Assembly (NCBI GenBank): GCA_030699125.1
Contig: JAUYKM010000009.1
Span: forward strand, 108,647-172,646
DNA: 64,000 bases
Source: Candidatus Daviesbacteria bacterium
Lineage (GTDB): Bacteria > Patescibacteriota > Microgenomatia > Daviesbacterales > UBA10151
Direction of reading: 5' to 3'
In this document: positions 9,365-19,053 of the stretch, one piece after another
Numbering within the stretch: position 1 is the stretch's first letter
How the letters are laid out: each line of letters opens with the position of its first letter
Translations under genes and position numbers: made by a program
Notes under the pieces: generated by a model
What the model was told of the DNA's origin: nothing
Seen by the model: the letters and a program-made list of their open reading frames with translations, nothing else
Database searches by the model: none

Positions 9365-10830
9365 TGGCAGATTTTGGAGATGAAGTCACAATCGAAGTTA
9401 TTAAAAAGCGTGCCATCAAAGGGGTGGCCATTTTGGCCGGCAGAACATTTCTATTGCAGATAATTTCTTTTTTTGCTGTATTTCTATTAACCGTATTTTT
9501 AGAACCAACTCAGTTAGGGACCTTCTTTTTGGTATCAGCGGTAATTAATTTTTTTGCCTACTTTTCTGATATTGGTTTGGCAGCAGCCTTAATACAAAAG
9601 AGAGATGCCCTAACAAAAGAGGAACTTCGGACCACCTTTACTATCCAGCAAACATTAGTTTTAGGGCTGATAATTATAATCTTGGCCATCACCCCTCTTT
9701 TGAAAAGTTGGTATAATTTATCGCAAGACTCAGTTTACCTTTTATGGGCATTAGCCTTTTCCCTTTTATTATCATCCCTAAAATCTATTCCCTCGGTACT
9801 TCTTGAGCGCGAGTTACGTTTTGAAAAATTAGTTATTCCTCAGATTGTGGAAACATTAATTTTTTACACAACAGTTGTCTATATGGCCTGGCAGGGATTT
9901 GGCATTATGAGTTTTACTGCGGCAGTGTTACTGCGAGGTTTTTCCGGGCTTGTTATTATCTATCTGATCAGACCATGGCAAATAGGTTTGGCATGGTCAG
10001 TGTCAGCTACCAGAGATCTTCTACGTTTTGGATTGCCTTATCAGCTAAATTCCTTTTTGGCTGTTTTTAAGGATGATGGTTTAATTGCTCTGTTGGGAGG
10101 GATTATTGGAACGCAAGGAATTGGTTTTTTGGGATGGGCGCAAAAGTGGGCTCAATCACCTTTGCGTTTTTTTATGGATCCGGTCACTAGGGTAACTTTT
10201 CCAGCTTTTTCCAGAATGCAGCATGACAGAGAGGAATTATCAAAAGCTCTATCCAGGTCAATTTTCTTTATCTGCCTTCTAACCTTTCCATTTTTGGTTG
10301 GTCTGGTTATTCTGGCACCAAAACTAATAGAGATTATTCCCAAATATGAGAAATGGCAACCAGCCCTTTTTGCACTTGTCTTTATCAGTTTTAATTCGCT
10401 TTGGGCTTCAGTTGCCACCCCCATCACAAATTTTTTTAATGCCACAGGGAGAATCTCCATCACTTTTAAACTAATGATCATGTGGACAACTATCAGTTGG
10501 TTATTGATACCAATTCTTTCTTTTGTTTACGGAGTAAACGGTGCAGGAATAGGTTATGCCATAGTAGGTTTAACCTCGATTGTAGCTTTAGTAATTGCTT
10601 CCAAAGTAATCAAAATAGATTTTTGGGGGAGCGTTATTAAACCCTTAGCGGCAGCACTTTTAATGGGACTATTTGTGAATATTGGCGCAAATTTCCTGCC
10701 GCTGGCATTTTTTTCAGTAATAATATCAGTAATCCTGGGGGTTTCGATCTATATTATTATTCTTTATTTGCTGATAGGACAAAAAATCATCTCTGATATT
10801 AGTTTAATCCTTAAAGTTTTTAAAAGATGA
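9364..10830 (+). CDS. wzx: Wzx/PST-family polysaccharide flippase
   Basis: FSDIGLAAALIQK, RTTFT, LLERELRF, RFGLP and VTFPAFSRMQ motifs; about 12-14 TM. The ATG overlaps the upstream TGA. Confidence 0.85.
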   Translation: MADFGDEVTIEVIKKRAIKGVAILAGRTFLLQIISFFAVFLLTVFLEPTQLGTFFLVSAVINFFAYFSDIGLAAALIQKRDALTKEELRTTFTIQQTLVLGLIIIILAITPLLKSWYNLSQDSVYLLWALAFSLLLSSLKSIPSVLLERELRFEKLVIPQIVETLIFYTTVVYMAWQGFGIMSFTAAVLLRGFSGLVIIYLIRPWQIGLAWSVSATRDLLRFGLPYQLNSFLAVFKDDGLIALLGGIIGTQGIGFLGWAQKWAQSPLRFFMDPVTRVTFPAFSRMQHDREELSKALSRSIFFICLLTFPFLVGLVILAPKLIEIIPKYEKWQPALFALVFISFNSLWASVATPITNFFNATGRISITFKLMIMWTTISWLLIPILSFVYGVNGAGIGYAIVGLTSIVALVIASKVIKIDFWGSVIKPLAAALLMGLFVNIGANFLPLAFFSVIISVILGVSIYIIILYLLIGQKIISDISLILKVFKR

Positions 10831-10845
10831 TCAAATTTTTTTATA

Positions 10846-13800
10846 ATGAAAATTATTTTCTTATCATTATTATTTTTTATATCATTTTTACTAAATCCCC
10901 AAAAGATTTTGGCCGAGTCTTCTTCATTTGTCAGTGTGGTAAATCCTGTAAGAGGAAGCGATTTTTGGGATATTGAAAACCAGGATCCTAAAACTGTAGT
11001 CCTTGGTCAAATAAATATTTTGGAAAAATATTTAATAAGACCAACTTGGTTATTAAGATTTGATGCGCTAGAAAATTTAGAACTCGTAAATCTTATTAAG
11101 GATCAACCTTCTCATGAAGTCGGTCTGTTTTTGGAAATTACCCCCTCATGGACTGATAAAGCAAATGTAGTTTACAACCAATCGGAAGATTGGCATTTTG
11201 CCAAAAGCGTACTATTGACCGGTTACGAACCTGACCAGAGAGAAAAATTAATTGATACAGCCTTTGAAAAATTTAAGGAAGTATTTGGTAAATTTCCCAC
11301 ATCAGTTGGTGCCTGGTGGATAGATGCCTATTCCCTTGATTTTATGCAGAAAAAATATGGAATAGTTTCTGCCATGATTGTGGCTGACCAATATACCACG
11401 GATAACTATCAAATTTGGGGACAGTTTTGGTCTACTCCTTATTACCCTTCCAAAAATCACGCCCTTCAACCCTCCCAAAGTATGGAAGATAAGCTACCCA
11501 TTGTAGTGGTGCAGTGGGCAGCTAGAGACCCAGTGAATGGTTATGGGAAAGGGGTAGAGGACAGTACCTTTAGTATGCAACCTAATGATTATATAGATTA
11601 TCATGACCTGAGCGCTTCCTACTTCTCCAAATTGGTTGATATTTATACCAAGCAAAAGTTTAACAAGTTTGGCCACCTGATAGTGGGATTGGAGAATACT
11701 TATAGTTGGGATAAATACTCAGATGAATATGAAAATCAAATGAGAATACTTAAAGAGAAAAGCGACAGCGGTCAATTTTCTCTGGTAACCATGAGTGGTT
11801 TTGCCAATTGGTATCAGAGCAATTTCCAAATTTCCCCGGAACAAATTATTGAAGCTTCTGATCCGTTAGGGACAAATAAAAGAGTGGTCTGGTTTATGAG
11901 CCCCTATTATCGGGCCGGTTGGTTTTTTAATCAGGATGGTTCAGTTTTTAGGGACATCCGCCAATATGTAGGAGGAAATAAGGAACTCTGTTTCGATAAA
12001 AGTTGTGAAACGGTTAATTTTGCCACTTCAGCGGTGAGGGTTTTGGATGAAGTTTCCTTTGGACATAAATGGATTATAGATGATGGTGAAATTAGTAATC
12101 TTAAAATAGAAAAGATGGATGATAAGGTAGTCTTAACTTATCTTAATCAGGCTGGAAACGATAGGGTCATTGAATTTTTACCAAGGGATATTAGTGTGGA
12201 TGGAGAAATATCCTCAATTGATACCGCTATTTTGGAAGCTACTAAGCATAATTTGGATCAAAAAAATCAGGCTCAAATTGTCAGTGGACTATTTAATTGG
12301 ACCCTGCAGTCTGTAATTTTTAAAATTTTCAAATTTACACTCTTTATATTAATTGCTTTTTTTGTACCCGGTTTTCTCATAATTCAAAAACTAAAAAGAG
12401 AAAATTCGTTTTATCAAATAACTTTTTTAGGAATTGTTTTGGGATTAAGCTTTTTTAGCTTGATTTTCTATTTTATTAGCTTAATAAATCTTAAACAATT
12501 AATTTATCTATATCTTTCTATAAATCTTATTCTCTTTATTAAAAATTTTAAGCAATTTCTAAAAATACCTGTAAATATAAATAGATTTAACCTGATAATA
12601 ATTTTTTTAATTATGGTGGGGGTTGTCTTTCAGATTATACCCACTTTCAAAAACGGTTTGACTTACTCATATGGTATGGGATTGTGGGGACCCAATACTC
12701 ATGACGGCATGTGGCATATTAGTTTAATTAACCAGTTGGTAAAACATGTTCCACCAGAAAATCCTATTTTTGGAGGAGAAATATTAAAAAATTATCACTA
12801 TTTTTATGATCTAACGATCGCTGCAACGATATATGTTACAGGTATTTCTGTCATAGATTTAATTTTTAGATTTTATCCAATTCTTTTATCATCACTTCTA
12901 GGTTTAGGCAGTTTCTATTTAATAAAGGGTTTAATTAATATTAAGGAAAATCTGCAATCCAAGTTAAGTATTATAGCCGGGCTTTATCTGGTCTATTTTT
13001 CCGGTAGTTTCGGTTGGATTGTTTCATATATTAGAGAAAAAAATTTTTCAGGTGAGTCGCACTTTTGGGCAAATCAATCAATATCTTTTAACTTAAATCC
13101 TCCTTTTGCAATTTCTTTAATCATAGTGATTGCCATACTTCAGCTTTTAGATTTAAATAAACTATCAAAACTTAAAGTTGCAGTACTTACTATTCTGATT
13201 GGTCCGCTGATTGCTTTTAAAGCTTACGCGGCAATTCTTATATTGGCAAGTTTCTTTTTGGTGGGGTTAATAAAGAAGTCGATAAATTATCTAGTTATCT
13301 TCATAGCCAGTTCAGTTTTGACTACGTTTTTATTTTTGTCTAATTTTTCCCTAAATAATAAAATAATGCTTTTTTCACCATTTTGGTTTATCCACTCCAT
13401 GATTGACTCACCAGACAGAGTTGGTTGGATCAGATTAACTCTGGCCAGGGAAGATGGTCTCACCAAAGGCAATTGGTTAAAGTTCCTCTCAGTAGAGGCT
13501 ATAAGTTTGATAATTTTTATTGTAGGAAATCTAGGAGTTAGAGTCTTTGCCCTACTCTCCCTCATTAAATTCCCATATATTGTCCGACGAGCCGATTACC
13601 TGTTTATTTTTATTTTCTCAAGCTTAGCCTTTTTTATTCCTATCCTTTTTATTCAAGCTGGAAACCCTTGGAATACAATTCAATTTTTATATTATTTTCT
13701 TTATGTTTCAGCAGTAGTAGGAGGAGTAGTTATAGCAAAAGTAGTTGTGAATTTACCTAAGATGATAGGTGTACCGATACTGCTTTTTTTCATCGCCCTA

Positions 13801-14265
13801 ACCCCTATAAATTCCTGGGCCACAGCCAATAGCTACTTAACTAATCAACCGCATGGTTTCATCAGTAATGGAGAATTGGAGGCATTAAAGTTTTTAAAGT
13901 CACAGAAGGATGGAATAGTCCTGACCTATCCATATGACGGGAGACTGAAGAATAAATTTATGGAACCGTGGCCCATCATAATATATGATAGTACCGCTTA
14001 CGTCTCCGCACTAACAGAAAAATCCGTCTACATTGAAGATGAGCAACAGAATAATATTCTTTTAACCGATTATAAAAAGAGATTGGTTGCATCCAAAGAT
14101 TTTTATGCCAATTTTAAAGAATACGGAGATAAATTTATTTCTGAAAATAATATCAAATATATCTATCTTCCCAAAATTCACAATCTAAGACTGGATGAAA
14201 ATGTTCTTAATATTTCTAATATTTTTGAGAATAAAGAGGTGGTTATTTATAAAATAAATAAATGA
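10846..14265 (+). CDS. Fusion of an extracellular deacetylase/glycoside-hydrolase-like barrel domain with a GT-C-like membrane domain
   Basis: 1139 aa. Signal peptide, then about 450 aa of soluble domain (TWLLRFDAL, EVGLFLE, SVGAWWID, DQYTTDNY..WG...PYYPS), then a polytopic domain with HDGMWH/ENP/NYHYFYD shared with 14262 and 41492. Confidence 0.6.
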   Translation: MKIIFLSLLFFISFLLNPQKILAESSSFVSVVNPVRGSDFWDIENQDPKTVVLGQINILEKYLIRPTWLLRFDALENLELVNLIKDQPSHEVGLFLEITPSWTDKANVVYNQSEDWHFAKSVLLTGYEPDQREKLIDTAFEKFKEVFGKFPTSVGAWWIDAYSLDFMQKKYGIVSAMIVADQYTTDNYQIWGQFWSTPYYPSKNHALQPSQSMEDKLPIVVVQWAARDPVNGYGKGVEDSTFSMQPNDYIDYHDLSASYFSKLVDIYTKQKFNKFGHLIVGLENTYSWDKYSDEYENQMRILKEKSDSGQFSLVTMSGFANWYQSNFQISPEQIIEASDPLGTNKRVVWFMSPYYRAGWFFNQDGSVFRDIRQYVGGNKELCFDKSCETVNFATSAVRVLDEVSFGHKWIIDDGEISNLKIEKMDDKVVLTYLNQAGNDRVIEFLPRDISVDGEISSIDTAILEATKHNLDQKNQAQIVSGLFNWTLQSVIFKIFKFTLFILIAFFVPGFLIIQKLKRENSFYQITFLGIVLGLSFFSLIFYFISLINLKQLIYLYLSINLILFIKNFKQFLKIPVNINRFNLIIIFLIMVGVVFQIIPTFKNGLTYSYGMGLWGPNTHDGMWHISLINQLVKHVPPENPIFGGEILKNYHYFYDLTIAATIYVTGISVIDLIFRFYPILLSSLLGLGSFYLIKGLINIKENLQSKLSIIAGLYLVYFSGSFGWIVSYIREKNFSGESHFWANQSISFNLNPPFAISLIIVIAILQLLDLNKLSKLKVAVLTILIGPLIAFKAYAAILILASFFLVGLIKKSINYLVIFIASSVLTTFLFLSNFSLNNKIMLFSPFWFIHSMIDSPDRVGWIRLTLAREDGLTKGNWLKFLSVEAISLIIFIVGNLGVRVFALLSLIKFPYIVRRADYLFIFIFSSLAFFIPILFIQAGNPWNTIQFLYYFLYVSAVVGGVVIAKVVVNLPKMIGVPILLFFIALTPINSWATANSYLTNQPHGFISNGELEALKFLKSQKDGIVLTYPYDGRLKNKFMEPWPIIIYDSTAYVSALTEKSVYIEDEQQNNILLTDYKKRLVASKDFYANFKEYGDKFISENNIKYIYLPKIHNLRLDENVLNISNIFENKEVVIYKINK

Positions 14266-16262
14266 TATATATTTTATCACAATTATTGTTGGGAATATTA
14301 TTTTTATTTGCGGCTTTCTTTACGCTGACTATGCCAGGATTATTCTTCTTAAAGAAACTTAAAATAGAATTTCAAGATTTTTGGGAAAAATTTACCATCT
14401 CCTCAGTCTTAGGATTGGTGCTATTTACGCTAACTGCTTATGTATTATCGGCAATCCATCTAAGGTTTCTAATATGGTCTTTTCCCATTCTTGGTTTTTG
14501 GTCTGTCCTTAAATTCAAGAATGATCTTAAAATTGATTTTAAACTTAAATATAAGATATTTTTCCTTTTAGTTTTAATAATCGGCATAATTGCCCAAGTT
14601 GCTGTTAATGCTCCATCAGGGGCGCCCTATCAAGATGGAATATTTTTTTGGAGCTCACATGGTCATGATGGGATATGGCATATTGCTTTAATGGAAGAGC
14701 TAAAAAAAGATATCTTTCCCTTCCAAAATCCGGAAGTAGCAGGGGAGAAGCTACAAAATTATCATTTTTTTGTCGATCTTTTAATGTCCGAATTTAGCAG
14801 GCTTTATCAATTTTCCAGTTTAGATATTTATTTTAGATTTATGCCAGTGGTATTTTCTTTACTTTTGGGACTAACTTCTTTTATATTTGTGCGGGCATGG
14901 ACAGGTAAGGAACTCGCGGGAATTTGGGCAATGATTTTCACTTTTTTTGCCGGTAGTTTTGGCTACTTACTTTATGTACCCACTCATGGTAGTTTGGGTG
15001 GTGAGGCCATTTTCTGGTTGTCACAAACACATTCAGTATTGGGAAATCCACCTCATGCAGCAGCTTTTATTATAATAACTGTTTTTCTTTTTATCCTTCT
15101 AAAATATCTGAAAAATTATCAGCTGAATTATTTTATTTTATGTGCTTTGCTGGGAGCTGTAGTAATTGAATTTAAAGTCTATGGTGGGCTTTTAATCCTG
15201 GGTGGATTATTGGTCATTGGCATTTGGGAGATAATATCTAAGAGACGCTTAAAGACAATATTGCTTTTCATGGTAACTTCAGCTGGCGCTTTTGGTATTT
15301 ATTTTCCTAACAGTCAAAATTCTCAAGGTTTTTTGATTTTTGAGCCCTGGTGGTATATTCGGACCATGGTAGTGGTACCCGACCGTCTTAACTGGATAGA
15401 TCTAGAGTTAAGGCGGCAACATTACTTGGCCCAGGGGACCTGGAATGCTTACCTTAGAGTACTTCAGCTTGAACTAACAGCTTTTTTAATTTTTCTTATA
15501 GGCAATTTAGGAATGAGGTTTTTGGGATTCTGGACTATTTTTATAATGATCAAGAATAATTTATTCAGAAATTCATTTAGTATTTTCTTTTTAGCCATTA
15601 TTATAGCCTCTTTTGTAATCCCTCATTTATTTTTGCAAAAAGGGGTGGCGTGGAACTCGATACAGTTTAATCAATATTTTATATTGTTTTTTGGCTTTTT
15701 AGCAGGAGCAGCTGTGGACTCACTTATTACCAAATTTAAATATTTATCTATTAAAATTGCTATCGCATCTTTAATAATAATTCTGGCAATTCCCACTCAA
15801 ATTGGTCTTCTTTGGCAATTCTATTCCAATGCCCCCTTGTCAAAAGTTACATATAATGAACTAGAGGGTCTTCAATTTTTAAAAAATGAAACAAAGGATC
15901 AGACAGTTATTCTGACAATGCCGTTTAATAAATATGAGAGAGACAAATATAAGGATCCTCCAATCCCGATTTATGCTTGGTTTGATACAGGTTATGTCTC
16001 TGCTTTTTCCTCCAGAAGGACTCTTATTTCGGATGAAGAACAGGTCAATATCATGGGGTATCAGCTAAATGAATTGATAGAAGAAAGAAAACTTTCATTT
16101 AGCAGCAATGATTATCATATGATGAGTAATTTTATAGATAAATTTAATATAGATTACATATATCTCTCCTGGAAACAAGAATTGGCTACCGACTCTGGCT
16201 TACTCAATCTTGATTTAATTTTTGAAAATAAAGATGCTAAAATTTTTAAAGTAAGAAGATGA
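14262..16262 (+). CDS. GT-C-like polytopic membrane protein ('HDGxWH' family)
   Basis: HDGIWHIAL, QNP...LQNYHFFVD, FKVY, GNLG.R, WN.IQF and C-terminal NIDYIY. Paralog of the C-terminal half of 10846. Confidence 0.65.
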   Translation: MIYILSQLLLGILFLFAAFFTLTMPGLFFLKKLKIEFQDFWEKFTISSVLGLVLFTLTAYVLSAIHLRFLIWSFPILGFWSVLKFKNDLKIDFKLKYKIFFLLVLIIGIIAQVAVNAPSGAPYQDGIFFWSSHGHDGIWHIALMEELKKDIFPFQNPEVAGEKLQNYHFFVDLLMSEFSRLYQFSSLDIYFRFMPVVFSLLLGLTSFIFVRAWTGKELAGIWAMIFTFFAGSFGYLLYVPTHGSLGGEAIFWLSQTHSVLGNPPHAAAFIIITVFLFILLKYLKNYQLNYFILCALLGAVVIEFKVYGGLLILGGLLVIGIWEIISKRRLKTILLFMVTSAGAFGIYFPNSQNSQGFLIFEPWWYIRTMVVVPDRLNWIDLELRRQHYLAQGTWNAYLRVLQLELTAFLIFLIGNLGMRFLGFWTIFIMIKNNLFRNSFSIFFLAIIIASFVIPHLFLQKGVAWNSIQFNQYFILFFGFLAGAAVDSLITKFKYLSIKIAIASLIIILAIPTQIGLLWQFYSNAPLSKVTYNELEGLQFLKNETKDQTVILTMPFNKYERDKYKDPPIPIYAWFDTGYVSAFSSRRTLISDEEQVNIMGYQLNELIEERKLSFSSNDYHMMSNFIDKFNIDYIYLSWKQELATDSGLLNLDLIFENKDAKIFKVRR

Positions 16263-17869
16263 ATACTAAATTAGTACTGACAATTATTTTAATTTTGGGG
16301 CTTTTTTTTAGAGTTGTCGGCATTAACAATAATCCCCCTTCACTCTATGGTGATGAACTGACAATTAACCTAGATGCTTATTCAATTTTAAAGACAGGAC
16401 ATGACCAGCTGGGCAACTTCCTTCCATTAACTTTTGAAATGGGAGCAGGCAGACCAGGTGTTTATGTCTACGGCTCAGTTCCTTTTGTGGCGCTTTTCGG
16501 GCCATCTACCCTGGGAGTAAGAATGCTGTCTATACTCTCAGGCCTGGGTATTATATTGCTCCTATATTATATAGGTAGAAAACTCTTTTCAGAAAGAGTG
16601 GGACTTATTTCTTCCGCCATTGGGGCTGTTTCTCTCTGGGATATATCTTTAAGCAGGGGAGGATTTGAAGCTCATTTTGCGCTTTTTTTGGCCCTGTTAG
16701 GAATTTATTTTTTTATTAAAGCAGAAGAAAAACCCCAAACCTATATACTTTCTGCCATATGTTTTGGTTTAACCTTGCATACCTATCCAACATATAAAGT
16801 AACTTTATTTTTATTTTTACCTCTACTTGCTTGGTATAGGTGGAGAAGAAATTCTTTTAAAAGCGATCTAAAATATTTGGTTACAGGAATTCTGATATTT
16901 TTATTTTTGGGATTAATTGCATTAAGCCAGACCTTTGTAGCTGATTCTGAAATAAGATTTTCCGATATAAATATCTTCTCTCAAAGTCAATTACAAGTAT
17001 CAATTAAGGAGAAGATAAATTCAGAAAGGAAACTAACACAATTACCACAATGGTTTGCAAGATATCTTCATAATAAACCAATTGAATATACGAAAATTTT
17101 GATAGAAAACTATCTACAAAATTTCTCAATAGACTTTCTAGTTTTACACGGAGATAAGAATCCCAGACACAACATGGCAACAATGGGTCAATTTTATGCA
17201 ATTGAGTTATTTTTAATCTTGGCTGGTCTTTTAGTTATTTGGCAAGAAGACAAAAGAACTGCTCTATTTTTATTATTCTGGATCGTTTTATCGCCTGTTT
17301 CTACAGCGATAGTTGGTCAACCGCATGCTTTAAGGAGTGCCTTTATGCTGCCGCCTCTTTTATTTCTCTCAGCTACTGGCTTAAACGTGATTATAAATCA
17401 AAGGAAAAAAATTATACTTTCAATAGTAAGTATAGTATTTATTGTCCAATTTACATTTTTCATACAAAAGCTTTACTTTCTTGCTCCTTATGAATATAGC
17501 AATTTCTGGTCTTATTCTGGAAAATTAGCATCAGAGACTGCAATAAATAACAAAAATAAATATGACTTTGTGATTGTTGCTGATAAGATAGATAGTGTTG
17601 AATTTGCCTACCCACTTTATGCAAAAGTAGATCCGAAAATAATAATTTCACAAAATAAAGATAGGGTCTTATTAAATGATTATTTATTCAAAAAATTTGA
17701 CAATGTATATATAGGTTATATCCCGGATACCTTGATAAGCAGTTTCTTAAGCAGTTTAAGTGGAAGCTATTTTTATATAGGTTTACCAAGTGATGCAAAA
17801 TTTTTGCAACCTTATGAAACTTTACAAGGTCCGGATAAGAAAGATACCATCTTGATTCACTATCCATAG
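16259..17869 (+). CDS. ArnT/PMT-like GT-C glycosyltransferase
   Basis: PPSLYGDE...AYSILKTGHD, VR..S, SRGGFE, GDKNPRH, PHALRS. Confidence 0.8.
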   Translation: MNTKLVLTIILILGLFFRVVGINNNPPSLYGDELTINLDAYSILKTGHDQLGNFLPLTFEMGAGRPGVYVYGSVPFVALFGPSTLGVRMLSILSGLGIILLLYYIGRKLFSERVGLISSAIGAVSLWDISLSRGGFEAHFALFLALLGIYFFIKAEEKPQTYILSAICFGLTLHTYPTYKVTLFLFLPLLAWYRWRRNSFKSDLKYLVTGILIFLFLGLIALSQTFVADSEIRFSDINIFSQSQLQVSIKEKINSERKLTQLPQWFARYLHNKPIEYTKILIENYLQNFSIDFLVLHGDKNPRHNMATMGQFYAIELFLILAGLLVIWQEDKRTALFLLFWIVLSPVSTAIVGQPHALRSAFMLPPLLFLSATGLNVIINQRKKIILSIVSIVFIVQFTFFIQKLYFLAPYEYSNFWSYSGKLASETAINNKNKYDFVIVADKIDSVEFAYPLYAKVDPKIIISQNKDRVLLNDYLFKKFDNVYIGYIPDTLISSFLSSLSGSYFYIGLPSDAKFLQPYETLQGPDKKDTILIHYP

Positions 17870-17880
17870 AATAGGAATTA

Positions 17881-19053
17881 ATGAAGCATATTCCAAAGAT
17901 AGATAAATTTTTCTTATCTTTAAATCTATTTTTAATCTCCATTCATATACTTTTTTTAGCTCTTTTGATAAAAACTCTTTACCCTATTCATTTTATGGAA
18001 GAGAATCTATTCTTTTTTGATTTATTAAGCAAACCACTCCATATCCCTTATTGGTTAATTATTATTTGTACTAATATTAATATTTTGAGCTTATCGTTTA
18101 TCGGTAAACTAATCTGGGGCAGTAGAGAATGGGTGATATTACCTGCCTTGTATGTTCTAAACCCCTGGACTCCCTATCTTGCCTCTCTTAATTCCTTTTA
18201 TATATATCTTGCCAGTTTAATTTTGATAATGATTTTGGGATTTATTTTTATTAAATCTACAAATCATTGGATAGGTGCTGTAATTTCAATCTTTGCAGGG
18301 GTTTTACTTCTCTATAGCTCGCTTATAATATTCATTATATTCCCCTTGATGGTAATTGGAATTATAATTTTAAGATTGTTTTCTAAGAATGAAATAAAAA
18401 AATTATCTTTCTGGATTATCTTATTTTGTGTACCTCTTTTTATGGCCATTTTTAAAAATTCTGTGGGATGGGAAAATATTTATAGAAACGAAGTCACTAT
18501 TTTAAGCGAAGAGGGTTTTCTAAATGATGTAAATAAATTTCAGGGGCAGGCGCAAAAAAGAGGTTTTAGGCTATTATCAAAAGTAGCCGAGAACAGGTAC
18601 GTATATTTTGCAAAATATGCTTCTTTAAAAATTATTAAAAATTTAACTCCTGCGACCTACTTTACACCTCAAGAAAAGTTGGCATCCTTTTCCTTCAGCC
18701 CGCCAATCTTTTTGGGATTTATATTGCCATTTCTTTTTGGCCTTTATTCACTGCTAAAATCCACTCAATCAGCCAAGTTTCTGGGGTTATCCTTAATTCT
18801 GATAATTCCTTCTCTATTGTCAAAACAAATAGTGGATTTAAATAGACTGGTAATTTTTTCCCCTATTATTTTTTATGCAATAAGCTATGGTCTTATCAAT
18901 CTTTATAGAAGTAAGAAATTTTCTTTTAGAATAATCCTTTTCTTGACAATTATCTTAGTATTTATTCAAATGTTTGTAACAATTTCCGATATCTATCTTA
19001 GAGAAACCATACGTTTTGATAAAACATCTGGTATAAACTTTGAAATCAAATGA
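17881..19053 (+). CDS. Degenerate or shortened ArnT-like GT-C membrane protein
   Basis: 390 aa, polytopic. Keeps the NPW, 'VNKFQG...ENRY' loop and 'LNRL...P' elements of its neighbours but lacks the PPxLxxDE motif and the C-terminal soluble domain. Confidence 0.5.
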   Translation: MKHIPKIDKFFLSLNLFLISIHILFLALLIKTLYPIHFMEENLFFFDLLSKPLHIPYWLIIICTNINILSLSFIGKLIWGSREWVILPALYVLNPWTPYLASLNSFYIYLASLILIMILGFIFIKSTNHWIGAVISIFAGVLLLYSSLIIFIIFPLMVIGIIILRLFSKNEIKKLSFWIILFCVPLFMAIFKNSVGWENIYRNEVTILSEEGFLNDVNKFQGQAQKRGFRLLSKVAENRYVYFAKYASLKIIKNLTPATYFTPQEKLASFSFSPPIFLGFILPFLFGLYSLLKSTQSAKFLGLSLILIIPSLLSKQIVDLNRLVIFSPIIFYAISYGLINLYRSKKFSFRIILFLTIILVFIQMFVTISDIYLRETIRFDKTSGINFEIK

